Below the pieces are notes generated by a model. It worked only from the letters and a program-made list of their open reading frames with translations. It was not told the origin of the DNA and searched no databases. A stretch of DNA of 64,000 bases from NCBI RefSeq assembly GCF_001194135.2, contig NC_068984.1:52519902-52583901 (forward strand), written 5' to 3'. The DNA is from Octopus bimaculoides (taxonomy: Eukaryota). Shown piece by piece: positions 25,525 to 38,310 of the stretch (within the stretch, counting starts at the first letter, position 1; each line of letters begins with the position of its first letter). The position numbers and the translations under genes were made by a program.

Positions 25525-25755
25525 ATTTCTTTACTACCCACAAGGGGCTACACACAGAGGGGACAAGAAAGGACAGACAAACGGATTAAGTCGATTATAT
25601 TGACCCCAGTGCATAACTGGTACTTATTTAATCGACCCCGAAAGGATGAAAGGCAAAGTCGACCTCGGCGGAATTTGAACTCAGAACGTAGCGGCAGACG
25701 AAATACCGCTAAGCATTTCGCCCGGCATGCTAACATTTCTGCCAGCACGCTACCT
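25525..25755 (-). mobile_element. Young tRNA-derived SINE, second family (tail ...TGTCCCCTCTGTGTGTAGCCCCTTGTGGGTAGTAAAGAAAT)
   Basis: Minus-strand head GCTGGCAGAAATGTTAGCATGCCGGGCGAAATGCTTAGCGG, B-box-like GAGTTCAAATTCCGCC, core GACTTTGCCTTTCATCCTTTCGGGGTCGAT. Confidence 0.85.
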
Positions 25756-25769
25756 TAGTTATGTTAGCT

Positions 25770-26029
25770 CAGAGGTTTTCAACCAGGGTCCACGTGACCT
25801 TTGGGGTTCCATATAAGATGTTGCTGTTAAAATTTATCTGCAATAAATTGGTTATACTTCAACAATACACAAAATATTTTAATATCTTTCTTTTGTACAA
25901 TTCCTAATAATATCTAATTATAAATATATAACAGGATTTTTTTTTGAACGTCAAATGGTTCTGAGGGTCCATTCAAGTAAAACAGGAATCAAAGGGGTCC
26001 ATAGGAAAAATAATAATTGAGAACCACTG
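25770..26029. mobile_element. hAT (Charlie-like) MITE
   Basis: Ends CAGAGGTTTTCAACC / TTGAGAACCACTG; imperfect 8-bp TSD TGTTAGCT/CTTTAGCT. Confidence 0.7.
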
Positions 26030-27564
26030 CTTTAGCTGAGAGTGTTTATGAGAAATAGAGTTCACAGGTTTCAGTGGTGGAAACATAGCATAAAGGCTAA
26101 GTGCTTTGGTTTGCAGTTCTAGTCTTAGATATTTCCACATGCCTGGTAAAGCAATGAGTAACCATTCTTTCAAATCACTACATCATCATCATCATCGTCG
26201 TCATCGTCATCATCATCAACATTTTACAGCCATGTAAGCAACTGTTTACATCCATGTTAGCAAGTGTTGGACAAGTTTTCAGAGGTAGTATTTTATAGCT
26301 GGATACCTTTCCTGTTTTCAGCCAGTTAGTTACTTTTTACGACACAGTGCACTTGTTATAAAACTGAGATATACACAAGGGATTTTCAAAAATCTTTATG
26401 TGAATCATCTACAGTAAGGTCATATTTATGGCCATATAAATAACACAGTTGCACAGGACCCCAACACTTTAGCTCCTCAACTCAAAATATGTCTTTAAAA
26501 AATACCTTTTATTTATTATTCTTTTAAAAAGTAACCTTTTACTCTTGGCTACCATTTACTTATAAAGATTATAATAATCAATGAATTAGATATTTAGATA
26601 TTAATTATTGGCACTGTACACAATTCTAAACAATAACTAACCATAAATCAAATTTAGAGTTTATTGATCTCCTAATTCCTTTATTCTGTAAGCGAGTTAT
26701 TTTACTGGAGTTTATCAAAATTCTACTCGGTCAATATTTTTCAATGAACATATAATAATGGATTTTCACTGTAGTTTATTTTCCAAATAACAGGAATGCT
26801 AAAAGGTTGGTATTATTGGATTGCTTCTTTTTTTCTTTACTTTTTTTTGTTTGTTTTGTTTCTAGACAAACCATGAAATCGTCTCATCTAAGTGAGCAGG
26901 AAAAAAGAAAGTGGGATAGAGAAGCTTATCATATGATGATTGATCTGGCTAAAACAACAGATAACACAATTCTTGAAGAACAGATGTTGTATCTACTGAA
27001 ACTGGAGGGCACACAATACAATGCTGTTCATTGAGAACAACTACACCTACAGACACAGGTACCAATATAGTAGTTCAACCATATGTATTTGAGAAACTGC
27101 AATAGCTACATCTGAAACAGAACATACTTCTGTTGATTGCAAATTGAGTAAAGGCACTGGAGAAAAGCCTTTTCCAATTACTCCTGTCAAATAAGAAAGA
27201 GAAATACAATACACAATGGCTTGGACTCAATGAAACAGAAAGGATTACAGTATTCAATGAATAGTGGTAGACGATGTACAATGGAAATGTTTTTTTAGAA
27301 TGTTAGCTAATGGTGAAACTACTGAAAGGAAGTGGTTATGCTATTCAAAAAGAACAGGAAGTATTTGTTGTTTTGAAAGTAAATTGCTTTAATACATCTT
27401 CAATCACCCTGGCATGTCATGGTTTAATGATTAGATCTACTGCTAGCAAAAGGTTATGTGAACATGAAAAATCAAAAGGCCATATGAGTGCTGACAGTAA
27501 TTTTGCTTGGCAAGCTGATATTCATGGACATGTTGATTTACAATACAAAGAGAAATTGAAGAAC

Positions 27565-27795
27565 TTATTCTTTCACTTGTTTCAGTCATATGACTGCAGC
27601 CATGCTGGAGCATCACCTTGAAAGATTTTTTTTTTAGTCAAACAAATCAACCCCAGGACTTATTCTTTATAAGCCTAGTACTTATTCTATTGATCTCTTT
27701 TGCTGAACTGCTAAGTTACAGGGATATAAACACACCAATATCAATTGTCAAGAGATGGTGGGGGGGACAAATACAGATACAAAGACACACACATA

Positions 27796-27838
<43 letters not shown>

Positions 27839-27980
27839 AGCATCTTTCAGTTTCTGTCTACCAAATCCACTCACAAGGCTTTGGTCAACCTGAGGCTATA
27901 ATAGAAGACGCTTGCCCAAAGTACCATGCAGTAGGACTGAACCCACAACCGTGTGATTGAGAAGCAAGCTTCTAACTACA
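27565..27980 (-). mobile_element. CORE-like tRNA SINE inserted in the hAT remnant
   Basis: Same modules as 20683-21070. Confidence 0.8.
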
Positions 27981-28204
27981 AAGTCTGGAAAAAGTGTTAT
28001 ATAGACTTTGTTTGCATGATAAAGATATTGTCAGGATGTGGTTTGGTTTTCAGAGCTGACAGCTACAACGTTGGTTCATCTCAGAATAGCAACTACCTCA
28101 AACTCTGAGAGCTCATTACTGAATATGATATATTCCAAACACAGGACACAAAATTACATGTTAAAAAAAGATACAGGCACACTAATTATTTATCTTCCAC
28201 CAGG

Positions 28205-28362
28205 TGCAAGCATGGCTATGTGGTAAGAAGCTTGCCTTCCAACCACATGGTTCTGGGTTCAGTCCCACTGCATGGCACCCCCTGGGCAAGTGTCTTCCTC
28301 TATAGCCTTGGACTGACCAAAGTCTTGAGAGTGGATTTGGTAGTCGGAAACTTAAAGAAATC

Positions 28363-28453
<91 letters not shown>

Positions 28454-28477
28454 TACATATAGATATATATGTATGTG

Positions 28478-28569
<92 letters not shown>

Positions 28570-28589
28570 TAGAGATATATATGTATGTG

Positions 28590-28625
<36 letters not shown>

Positions 28626-28652
28626 GATAGATAGATAGATAGATACATACAT

Positions 28653-28687
<35 letters not shown>

Positions 28688-28905
28688 TACATACATGCAT
28701 ATCTTCGTCTGTGTGTCTTTGTATTGTTGTTTGTCCCACCACCACCATTTGATAACTGATGCTGGTGTGTATGTCTTCACAGCTTAGCAGTTCATCAAAA
28801 GAGACTGATAGAATAAGTACCAGGCTTTAAAAAATAAGTACTAAGGTCAGTTCATTTGGCTAAAAATTCTTCAGTCACATGACTGAAAGAAGTAAAAAAT
28901 AAAAG
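28205..28905 (+). mobile_element. CORE-like tRNA SINE with an expanded internal compound microsatellite
   Basis: Head at 28205-28360, (GT)n(AT)n(AC)n(GATA)n(CATA)n at 28365-28690, tail to about 28905. Confidence 0.8.
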
Positions 28906-30719
28906 AAAAGATATGTGAGAAAATGATAGTCATTATCGGTCAAGTTTTGAATAAAGTAGTTATTCATGCATAAATAACAAAGTGTTTTACTTTAACTTGA
29001 TTTCGTTGAAGATTACAGTTGTATTCATCAACTTACTGTTGTATTGAAGTTTTTGGAGAGAACAGAACCAAATGAATGGTTCTTTCTTAATTCTCCTGGA
29101 CACACAAGAATTAAAATGGCTAATTTATTTATTTCATAGTTGTAGTAACAGTGAAAATTCCAGAATAATTTTGAAAACTATTGGAAGTTTATGAGATAGT
29201 ATGTTGTGTGAAACATTTGATTCTGTTTAAATGGTGTAAAACGTCACACAGGTAGTATTGAATGTGCAGTCTTCTCACAGGTGGTATTGAATGTGCAGGT
29301 AGTATTAAATGGGCAGGAAATAATGCCTCTGAAAGCTATATTCTCTGTTATACAATAGTTATCTATTCTTTTTTCACTTCACACAAAGAAGGAAACAATG
29401 AAAGATATAATCTAGCATTACATGGAGAAATGCGATCATGAAAAGTAATATTCTTAAGATTATAAACCTGGAAAAGTACAGGGCAAGTTATTACATCTGG
29501 AAAAGTATAGGACAAGCTATTACTTCTAGTAAAGTAAAGAATAAGAAACTTTTTACGTAAAATATTGCAGCAAAGAATGCCACTTCTTCTAATTTATCAC
29601 TCTTTACAGTTTTCATCTTTTAAATTTATTGTTCAAAATTGTTCAGCTAATTTGTAAGTTTGTCTAATTAGTCACTTTTTCCAGGCATTGCTATTATAAG
29701 ATAATTAATAATGTGTCAATTAATAATTTAAGATTTTAACTTATAAAATACTGAAAGATAATATTTCAATTTTTTCATATAAGTGATGATAATATTTCAA
29801 TTTTTTTCATGTTTAGTTTAAAAATATGTTGTGATTGAATTATTTGATATTACCCATTTACACCAAATTAATGGCAGGGAATTTTACCATCTTGTTGGTT
29901 GCACCATGGCTCACCATAAGTTACGAACAGCAAGACCCCAGAACCATCAGTTACCAGGCTCACCTTAAGTAACCTAGATCTTGAGTTGGTGATAATAGCA
30001 CTGACTGTTGCTAATCTAGATCTATCAATAATTATTCAATACAGCAATAATTATAAAAGCATATCAGATATACACAAGTTAAAATTACCTACATCCCATT
30101 AATATAAATTTGATTTATGAAAAATCTCTTAATTAATTTTGAAATTTAGAAAGTAAATTTAGAATATAAGCACTTTAACCAATGCCTTTTCTGGACAGCC
30201 CTACTACATGCCTTCAGGTTTGCCCATAGAGACACAGCCAAAAATGACTATATTCCTTCCCCAATAAATTTAGATGCACATATCTGAAGCATATAACACA
30301 TTAATGAACTAGCCTGATTAAATAATTAACTAAAAAAAAAAAGGAAAGCAACTAAAAAGGAAAAGCAAAACAAGCTTTCTGCAAGTTAATTAAAGCTGAA
30401 AGAGAAAATCAATAATAAAAGTTAAACTTACCCTAATTCAACAGCATGTTAAAAATAGCTTTATTAAATATTTCATTAAAAAACAAAATATATGAAAGGT
30501 AAAGTCGGCCTCGGTGGAATTTGAACTCAGAATGAAAAGACAGACAAAATACCACGAAGCATTTCAGTTGACATGCTAATGTTTCTGCCAACTCGTTGCC
30601 TTAAAACTTAAACATTCATTTTAGAAATATATTCTTATCTTAACATTATTCCTTGGAGTGTTACTTTTTACCTCCTCACTTACTGACAATAAATTACATG
30701 ACATTTCACCTCATAACTT

Positions 30720-30990
30720 TTTTCTACTAATTTTTGTTCAATGCAACTAACCTAGTGATGCCATCAGATGGTGTAAAGGTGGCTCTGTATGCTACCGCCC
30801 TTGAGAGGCAGGATCCTTCTAGTAGATGGGTGGAGGAGTTTCGACAGTTGCAGGTTGAGTTTGAGGGTTGTGAGGGTGCATTTTTATGTCTGTTGATGTG
30901 GACGATGTAAGAAGTGATGTTGTCTAAGCAGGAGAAGTGCACCTTGAGCTTATGGGGTTGAAGAGTTTGTAATACTTATGACCTCCAGGG
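30720..30990 (-). mobile_element. Penelope-like element fragment (RT/GIY-YIG linker)
   Basis: LFNPHKLKVHFSCLDNITSYIVHINRH...STCNCRNSSTHLLEGSCLSRAVAYRATFT matches the PLE pattern IFN.N.LK.SYSC..N...I...N.....CNCR....CPL.G.CL...V.Y.ATV. Confidence 0.75.
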
Positions 30991-31159
30991 AAATGTTTTT
31001 TAATTAACGACAGGAAGCCCCTGGATATGTTTCCCTTCTAATCACATACTTTCAGGTTCAGTCTTGCATGGCACCTTGGGAAAATGTTTTTTACTATAGC
31101 CCTGGGCCAACCAAAACCTTGTGAGTGGATTTTGTCGATGAAAACTAGAAGAAGCCTGT

Positions 31160-31195
<36 letters not shown>

Positions 31196-31702
31196 CATAT
31201 GTTTGTGCCTCCTTGTCTTAACATTATATGATAGTTGTAAACAAGTGGTGTCCTTGTTGTGTTCTTCATTTATCCATCATGGGGAATATTACCTTACTTA
31301 AAAACAGGTGAGTGTTGGCGATAAGAACGGCATTGAGTCATACAAAATCTGGCTCAATACATTCCATGTGATCCATGCAAGGATGGAAAAGTGAAATCAG
31401 TTAAAATAGTGATGATGGTTATGATGACTCAAGGGGATCCATCCACCACAGCAGAATTGATACTGGTGCTGATGCCACATAAAAAGCACTGATGCTGGTG
31501 TCACATAAAGAGCGCTCATGCTTGTGCCATGTTAAATGCACTGGTGCTGGTGCCACATAAAAAGCACCCAGTACACTCTGTGGAGTGGTTGGCATTAGGA
31601 AGGATATCCAGCCACAGAAATCATTTCAGAACAGACAATAGAGCTTGGTGTAGCCCTCGGCCTTATCAGCTCTGGAAAAGAGATGTGAAATGATGATGAT
31701 GA

Positions 31703-31740
<38 letters not shown>

Positions 31741-31781
31741 GAATGTGTGTTTGTATATGTGTATATGTGTGTGTGTGTGTG

Positions 31782-31833
<52 letters not shown>

Positions 31834-32306
31834 CACACATATATATATACACATACACACATGAATGTGCATGTATTTACTTTAATGGTATTCACATCCA
31901 TGAGGTTGTTGAGATGACACAGCAGTTCAATAAACTCATTGAGAAAATATGTACCGAACTTTAAAATAATAACTGGAGATGATATACTTGAATAAGATCT
32001 TGAAGTCATTGCCCCTGCATAGCTGTAAACCAATAATCAGTAAAAGACTAAATGTATAAAAATATATAAATACCATGCTTAATTAATTAGCCTAGATTAA
32101 TTATACTCATAACAATTGCCTTATTATATTTAATTTGCTTGACACAACTGTCTTTAGTTAAACGCACGGTTTAACCTTTACATATGCATTTATACACACT
32201 CCCACATACATGTGTGTGTGTAATACGCAAGCAGGCAAACATACATGCATACAGAAAATCCTAGCACTTTCTTCTGTTCTTGTGGCAAAATATTTCTTTT
32301 GTATAT

Positions 32307-32950
32307 CATCATCATCGTCATCGTTTAATGTCCGCTTTCCATGCTAGCATGGGTTGGACAATTTGACTGAGGACTGGTGAACCAGATGGCTCCACCAGGC
32401 TCCAACCTGATTTGGCAGAGTTTCTACAGCAGGATGCCTTTCCTAACGCCAACCACTCCAAGAGTGTAGTGGGTGCTTTTACGTGCCACCGGCACGAAGG
32501 CCAGTCAGGCGGTACTGGCAACGGCCATGCTCAAAATGGTGTATTTTACGTGCCACCTGCACAGGAGCCAGTCCAGCGGTACTGGCAACGATCTCGCTGG
32601 AATGTCTTTACACGTGCCACNNNNNNNNNNCCAACCACTCCAAGAGTGTAGTGGGTGCTTTTACGTGCCACCGGCACGAAGGCCAGTCAGGCGGTACTGG
32701 CAACGGCCATGCTCAAAATGGTGTATTTTACGTGCCACCTGCACAGGAGCCAGTCCAGCGGTACTGGCAACGATCTCGCTGGAATGTCTTTACACGTGCC
32801 ACTGGCACAAGTGCCAGGAAGGCGACGCTGGGCACAGGTGCCATCACAATTTCAGTTTCGCTTGCCCCAACAGGTCTTCGCAAGCCGAGTTTCATGTCCA
32901 ATGAAGGAGACGATGTTGGCATGGGTGCCAGTCATCGAATTTAGTTCGAA
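32307..32950 (-). mobile_element. Young RTE 3' UTR/tail element with repeated hairpin units
   Basis: CpG-intact (CAT)n...TTTAATGTCCGCTTTCCATGCTAGCATGGG and ACGTGCCACCGGCACG repeats; part of it is duplicated across a 10-N gap. Confidence 0.8.
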
Positions 32951-33919
32951 TTCAGAAACACTACAAACAGGGAGAGAAGGTAAGAGACAGACGGAGAAAG
33001 AAAAAGAAAATGCAATAACTAAAGATGCAGTGATGTCACTAACTTTGTAACATCATGATATTCCGGCACTACTCCTTTGTATTCATGCTTACGTCTCCAT
33101 TTCCTTCACTTACACACTCTTCCTCTTGCACATATCTCTATCTCTCTCTCCCTCACCTTTGTATCTTTCTCTATTTGAGTTACTTCTCTTAACATTATGC
33201 AAGAGGTAGGTAGGTAAGAACATACTACTGTACTAATGTAATACAGATATGGAACAAATTGCAATATCTGATATCCTTAATTGTTTCAGAGAGTCTTTTG
33301 ATAGCACAAGTAATATATATATATATATAGCCAACATGTGCTGGTGGCACATAAAAGGCATTTGTGCAAGTGACACGTAAAAGGCACCCATGCCAATGAG
33401 ACATAAAAGACACCCAGTTCACTCGGTCGAGTGGTTGGTATTAGGAAGTGCATCCAGCCATAGAAACCAAGCCAAAACAGACAATGGAACCTGGTTTGAC
33501 TCTCAGCCTTGCCAACACCAGTCAAATCATCTTATGTCAGCATGGAAAATGGATACTAAATGATGATGGTGATGATGATGATGAACACATATAGGTATTC
33601 AGAGTAGAATCAATGCAACTAAATGTGCAACATTCATTCCCAGTTTTTGCCATTCTGTAAACCCTTTTGTTACTGTTTCATTTAAAATACATTGCAAAGG
33701 GTTCTGAAGAAATAGTGAATGTACTGCTTGATATATTTTGAGAACAAATTCATTTAATCTGAAATGTGTTTCAATTTGTCTGAGGATTTATTATGTAGCA
33801 AAAAGATTGATTTTGATTCAGATGGGACTCTACCTTAAATTAAGCATCATCATTTTATAAATATGTTTTTTAGTTTTCACTTGTCTGAAAGTAATAGCTA
33901 AATGCAAAAACAGAAGGGC

Positions 33920-34547
33920 CTCCACCATGAAAGGAGGATTACATCAGAATCCTTGCTGAAAACGTGAAGGAATCCACTGAGAAACTCCAACTCGGCCACA
34001 ACTAGAAGTCCAGCAGGACAATGCTCCAAAACATACCACCAAGGTAGTGAAGAAATGGTTCAAGGACAATGATGTCAATGTCCTAGAATGGCCAAGTCAG
34101 AGTCCTGACCTGAATCTGATTGAGAACTTGTGGTGAAACTTGAAGACCAGAGTGATGGCTAGGAAACGGAGAAATGTGACCCAGTTCGAGGCTTTCGCCA
34201 AAAAAGAGTGGACCAAGATACCACAGGAGAGATGCAGGAAGCTTGTGGACATGTACATGAATCGTCTACAAGCAGTCATAAAAAACAAAGGCTATGCTAT
34301 TGATTATTAAAGGAAAACCTTAAGCCTCAGTAAACCTACCATTGAAAATAATTTTGAACATGGCATTTTTTGAAAATCCATGATTAAAATACCCCCAAAA
34401 TGAAGAATTTCTTGAATTGTATATTGTTGTTATTTTTTCAGTTGTTGGTCACATATAACTGATAAACAAACTTGACAAAATGCTATCATCACAAAAATAA
34501 AAAATCACAAAAATTAACAAGGGTATGAATAATTCTGGAGGTAACTG
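33920..34547 (+). mobile_element. Tc1-family transposon 3' half (DDE C-terminus plus right TIR)
   Basis: [44 protein letters not shown]...EWTKIPQERCRKLV...RLQAVIKNKGYAIDY* (stop 34308-10); terminus ...GGTAACTG|TA at 34547. Confidence 0.9.
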
Positions 34548-34899
34548 TATGTATGTCAATGATGTATATTAGTGAAAACTGAAGAACAGGTGCTTCACAA
34601 ACAAAATCACTTGAGATATTTGTCCTGCACCAAATTACAGATATTTCTTTGTCACTCATGCATTGAGAATACAACAATCCAGTGACTGGCTCTTTGGGAA
34701 ACCTATAATCAATAATGCTATTATCCACAGATTGCTATATAAATAAAATTAGAGTAAATGAACTAAATTCTAACACAAAATTAATTGACAAGGTATTAAT
34801 TGGGTTCATAGATCTGGGTTACATCTTTGGACGTGGCACTGGATTGATATCAGTAAAATATATATGTGGAATCACCAAGGATTGCCTGCTGTAAAATAC

Positions 34900-35122
34900 T
34901 GCCAGTACCATCTGACTGGCCTTCGTGCTGGTGGCACATAAAAGCATCCACTACACTCTCGGAGTGGTTGGTGTTAGGAAGGGTATCCAGCTGTAGAAAC
35001 TCTGCCAAATCAGATTGGAGCCTGGTGTAGCCATCTGGTTCACCAGTCCTCAGTCAAATCATCCAACCCATGCTAGCATGGAAAGCGGACGTTAAACTAT
35101 GATGATGATGATGATGATGATA
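34900..35122 (+). mobile_element. RTE 3'-tail element ending in (GAT)n
   Basis: Same consensus as 23635-23800. Confidence 0.8.
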
Positions 35123-36864
35123 TGATGTTGTCGAGCAATTCCTACTTTTACGATATTTGATGAAACTATTTTGCTATTATTTCATTTATCATTCCTTGGA
35201 GGTGTGGGTCCAGAAACAGGACTAACATCCTCATCCAGATGCCAGGTTTGAAGCACTCTTAGTTTTCTCCACTTCTCTACTGGTTCAACATGATTGGTAT
35301 TAGCCAACTTTACCCACAGGATCACTTAGCAGCCACCTCATGATGACAATGTGTAACAGCAATAAGGACCTGGTGAAGGATCCATGAACCCCAGAAACAA
35401 GTGAACATATACAAAAACGCTATGGTTAGGCCTCAGTAGAACAGCAGTTAACTTACACTGATGGGGATATTGTGAATCCCCTTTATCCCTGTTGTATGGC
35501 TTAGCCACATCAATCTTGGGTGGGATGTAGAACGATCAATGAAGCTGATAAGATATTCATCAATATTGGATTTCAAATGTAAATTTGGAAGTGAGAGACA
35601 CCATATAAAACAATAAACTTGTTTATCATTCATTAGTTATTTTATTTGTTTACAGGCTCCTCAATGTTTGTTAATCAATATAGTTTTAACATTGTGGAAA
35701 GCACTGTTAATACTCCTAGTCTCAGTTCTCTCCTTCACTCCTACCCCCATGCTAACAAGCATCCATCAAGCGAACAGAAATTCAAGCTATTCAATGGAGT
35801 CAAATCTCATTAACTTCATTCAGCTGGCTGAGAAGGTTACAGAGATCATGAACACCAGCCATCCTTCTCTTACTACATAATGTTCTAAAATACTGCAAGC
35901 AAGTATTGCTAACATAGATTGGCAGAATGTGGTGGGAGAGTAATTGCTCAATATGAAGTTAGAGAAGGCAAACGGAGAAGACAACACAGGTTTTAGTTCA
36001 AATTCATCGAAAACTAATGTAGACTTAAATACTTGTGAAGTTAATATAGAAAACTGCACAAATTATCTGCAAAATTTGAAATACTTAAATCAGTGTTAAT
36101 ATATTTAAAACAGGGAACATTTAAAAGTTAACTACAAACAATTATATATTGAAAAGCAGAGGTGATGGGGCCATATAAAAAGCATTGGTACTGGTATCAC
36201 ATAAAAAGCACCTTGTAAAGTGGTTGGCATTAAGAGGGGCAACCTGCCAGAACAGACAATGGAACCTGGTGTGACTCCTAATCTAGCCAGCTCCTGTCAA
36301 ACTGCCCAACTCATGCCAGCATGGAAAACAGTCATTAATGATGAAGTTGCAGGCATGATTGTGTAGTAAGAAGTTTCATAACTACATGCATGGCACCTTG
36401 GGCAAGAGTCTCCTACTTTAGCCTTGGGCCAACCTAAAAGCCTTGTGATTGGATTTAATAGATGGAAACTGAAAGAAACTTGTCTTATATATATTTATGC
36501 GTGCGTGTGTGTAAGTATATACATATATATGTAAGTAGTATGTGCGTGTTTCGTGCCTTGACATCTCTTGATAATTGTAAATGATTGTCAGTCATACAAG
36601 CTGTGTTATTCATTTCCAGTATTCTGCAAAATCATGTCTGGTCATGAGGAAATATTATCTTGGCTTGGAAACAGATGAGGGTTGGCAGCAGGGAGGGCAT
36701 CTGATCATAAATAACCTGTTTCAATAAAACTCCATCCAATCAATGCAAGCATGGAAAAGTGAATGTTAAAATGATGACGACAACGAGTATGGATAGAAAA
36801 ACAAAAACAAAAAAACAATATTATTCAGTGACAAATTTTAATCTATTTATTTTGCTAAATACAG

Positions 36865-36918
36865 GAATCAACTCTGGATATGATAGAGAATTATTATGAC
36901 CTTGTCAGTAAAGCATAA
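36865..36918 (+). CDS. Weak candidate coding exon (ESTLDMIENYYDLVSKA*), product unknown
   Basis: Good acceptor ATCTATTTATTTTGCTAAATACAG| and a short open frame in unique sequence; no partner exon found. Confidence 0.15.
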   Translation, partial: ESTLDMIENYYDLVSKA

Positions 36919-38119
36919 ACTTCAGGAAACATGTTAAAACAGTGATGGAAGGATCAGTGGTGTAACAGGAGTTCGCAGTTCTTGAAGGCAAAGATACTTT
37001 CGGTACAGCTGCCTTGGTGAAAATGAGGTGATAGGTTTGAGGAAGTTTTGTGCCTCTTCACATATATGTGCTCTGAGGCAACCGCTCTCTAGGCCATTTC
37101 TTGCTGTACCTCTGGTCTTCAACAGATAATGAAAGCTGTTTAATTGAGTATTCTAATGATCTGTAAAGGTCAATCACCAAAGCAAGCTGTTCAATTAGAT
37201 TAACACCACTGGAGTCTGACAGTGAGGAATATTTTGAAAGTGTGGAATGTTTAAGTTCAGTTATATAAGCTTAATTCCATTTTCGCATATCAGAGTATTA
37301 TATAACGTCTGCCAAGAAATTATGTAAACTAAAACAAATTAAGATTGAAATTTAGGTTTTAAACTTTTTTTTTAATGTTTTAATGAGAAATCATGTATAC
37401 ATATGTACACACACACACATGCACATATATTTGCATATGTACCAGTGTTCAAGTTTATATTTATGGGAAGATTCCAAATTAGTAGAGAATAATGCTATCT
37501 AATCATTTCTATTTGAATGATGAGTCGCTCAAGAACACCCAAGTGGTTCACTTGCAGCTGTACTGCTGCAGGACATGTGAGGAACATTGCCTGCTGTAAC
37601 TAGAAAAATTTAACACCTTACCAATTGGAGGTATCTTCCCACCATTGAAATGTCTGCAAAACTACTACATATTAAGGCATGGGCACACAGGGCAGTTCTC
37701 CAGGGGTCTCACGAGTCTAAGGGCCCAGTTTTAATCTATGTATGCAGTTGTAAGCTGTCAATAAACACGAAAGAGCCCAGTGCATTGATTCACTGGGAGA
37801 CCTATAATGCTGCAAAGATGGACCTGTTATCAGAAAAACAAAGGACACTTTCATATATTGTATAGCTTGGAAGTTCCCTTTCCCTTCCAAATTACAGAAG
37901 AACTTTGGTTCTCTACTAAGAAGATATATACTGACTTTACAGAATATTCCCACTAAAATGTCTGACTATTTTGCTTCCCATTCCATTCTGAATTCTCACA
38001 ATAGAACTTCTCCTGGAGTTCCCACTCCACCTCCCTCAGCAATGTGTACATTTTAATCATGAAGTGTGAAAACTTAGATACCTTATATTTAGGAAAGTGA
38101 GTTTTCTATTTCTCTCTAA

Positions 38120-38310
38120 TAGTAAACTCTTGAACTAGCTCTTATCTTTGCCAGACTTTTCCATCTTTCTCTTTTCCCAAGGACCTATCCTATTCCATGG
38201 AAACACACAGCAATGTGGCCCATTCCCAAGAAAGGTTCCCCCCATCAAACTATACCAGCTACTGATCTATCACCCTTACTTCATACATTTCAAAGACTGA
38301 GTTAACAAGG
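38120..38310 (+). mobile_element. Decayed CR1/L2-like RT N-terminal fragment
   Basis: Degenerate ELALIFARLF...WKH..V.PIP.KG.P....Y.....S..LH pattern. Confidence 0.4.

Larger units (their letters stand above)
26873..29370 (+). mobile_element. Decayed hAT (Tip100/ZMYM1-like) transposase gene, split by two SINE insertions
   Basis: MKSSHLSEQEKRK N-terminus; FFRMLANGETTERKWLCYSKRTGSICCF and KRLCEHEKSKGH (TTF-type zinc finger); IKILSGCGLVFRA.S..VGS..N.NYL.L.ELI.EYD...HTNYLS; HQLTVVLKFL...P.E.FFL.SPGHT. The pieces are collinear across 26873-27560, 27985-28200 and 28910-29370. Confidence 0.8.

Noticed and set aside
26807-27034. Apparent terminal exon of a host gene (QTMKSSHLSEQEKRKW...)
   Set aside because: Downstream frames give TTF zinc-finger and hAT catalytic-region motifs, so it is the start of a decayed hAT transposase.
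28182-28780. ORFs of YI/CV/HT repeats (also 31595-32033 and 42592-43773)
   Set aside because: Translations of TA/GT/CA microsatellites.
32440-32950. Repeat-spacer pattern superficially like a CRISPR array
   Set aside because: Eukaryotic context, spacers are themselves repeated, no cas genes; it is the RTE 3' UTR plus an assembly duplication.
35440-35880. Possible Gypsy integrase-like (minus) and gag-like (plus) remnants
   Set aside because: Similarity is too weak and the orientations are inconsistent.
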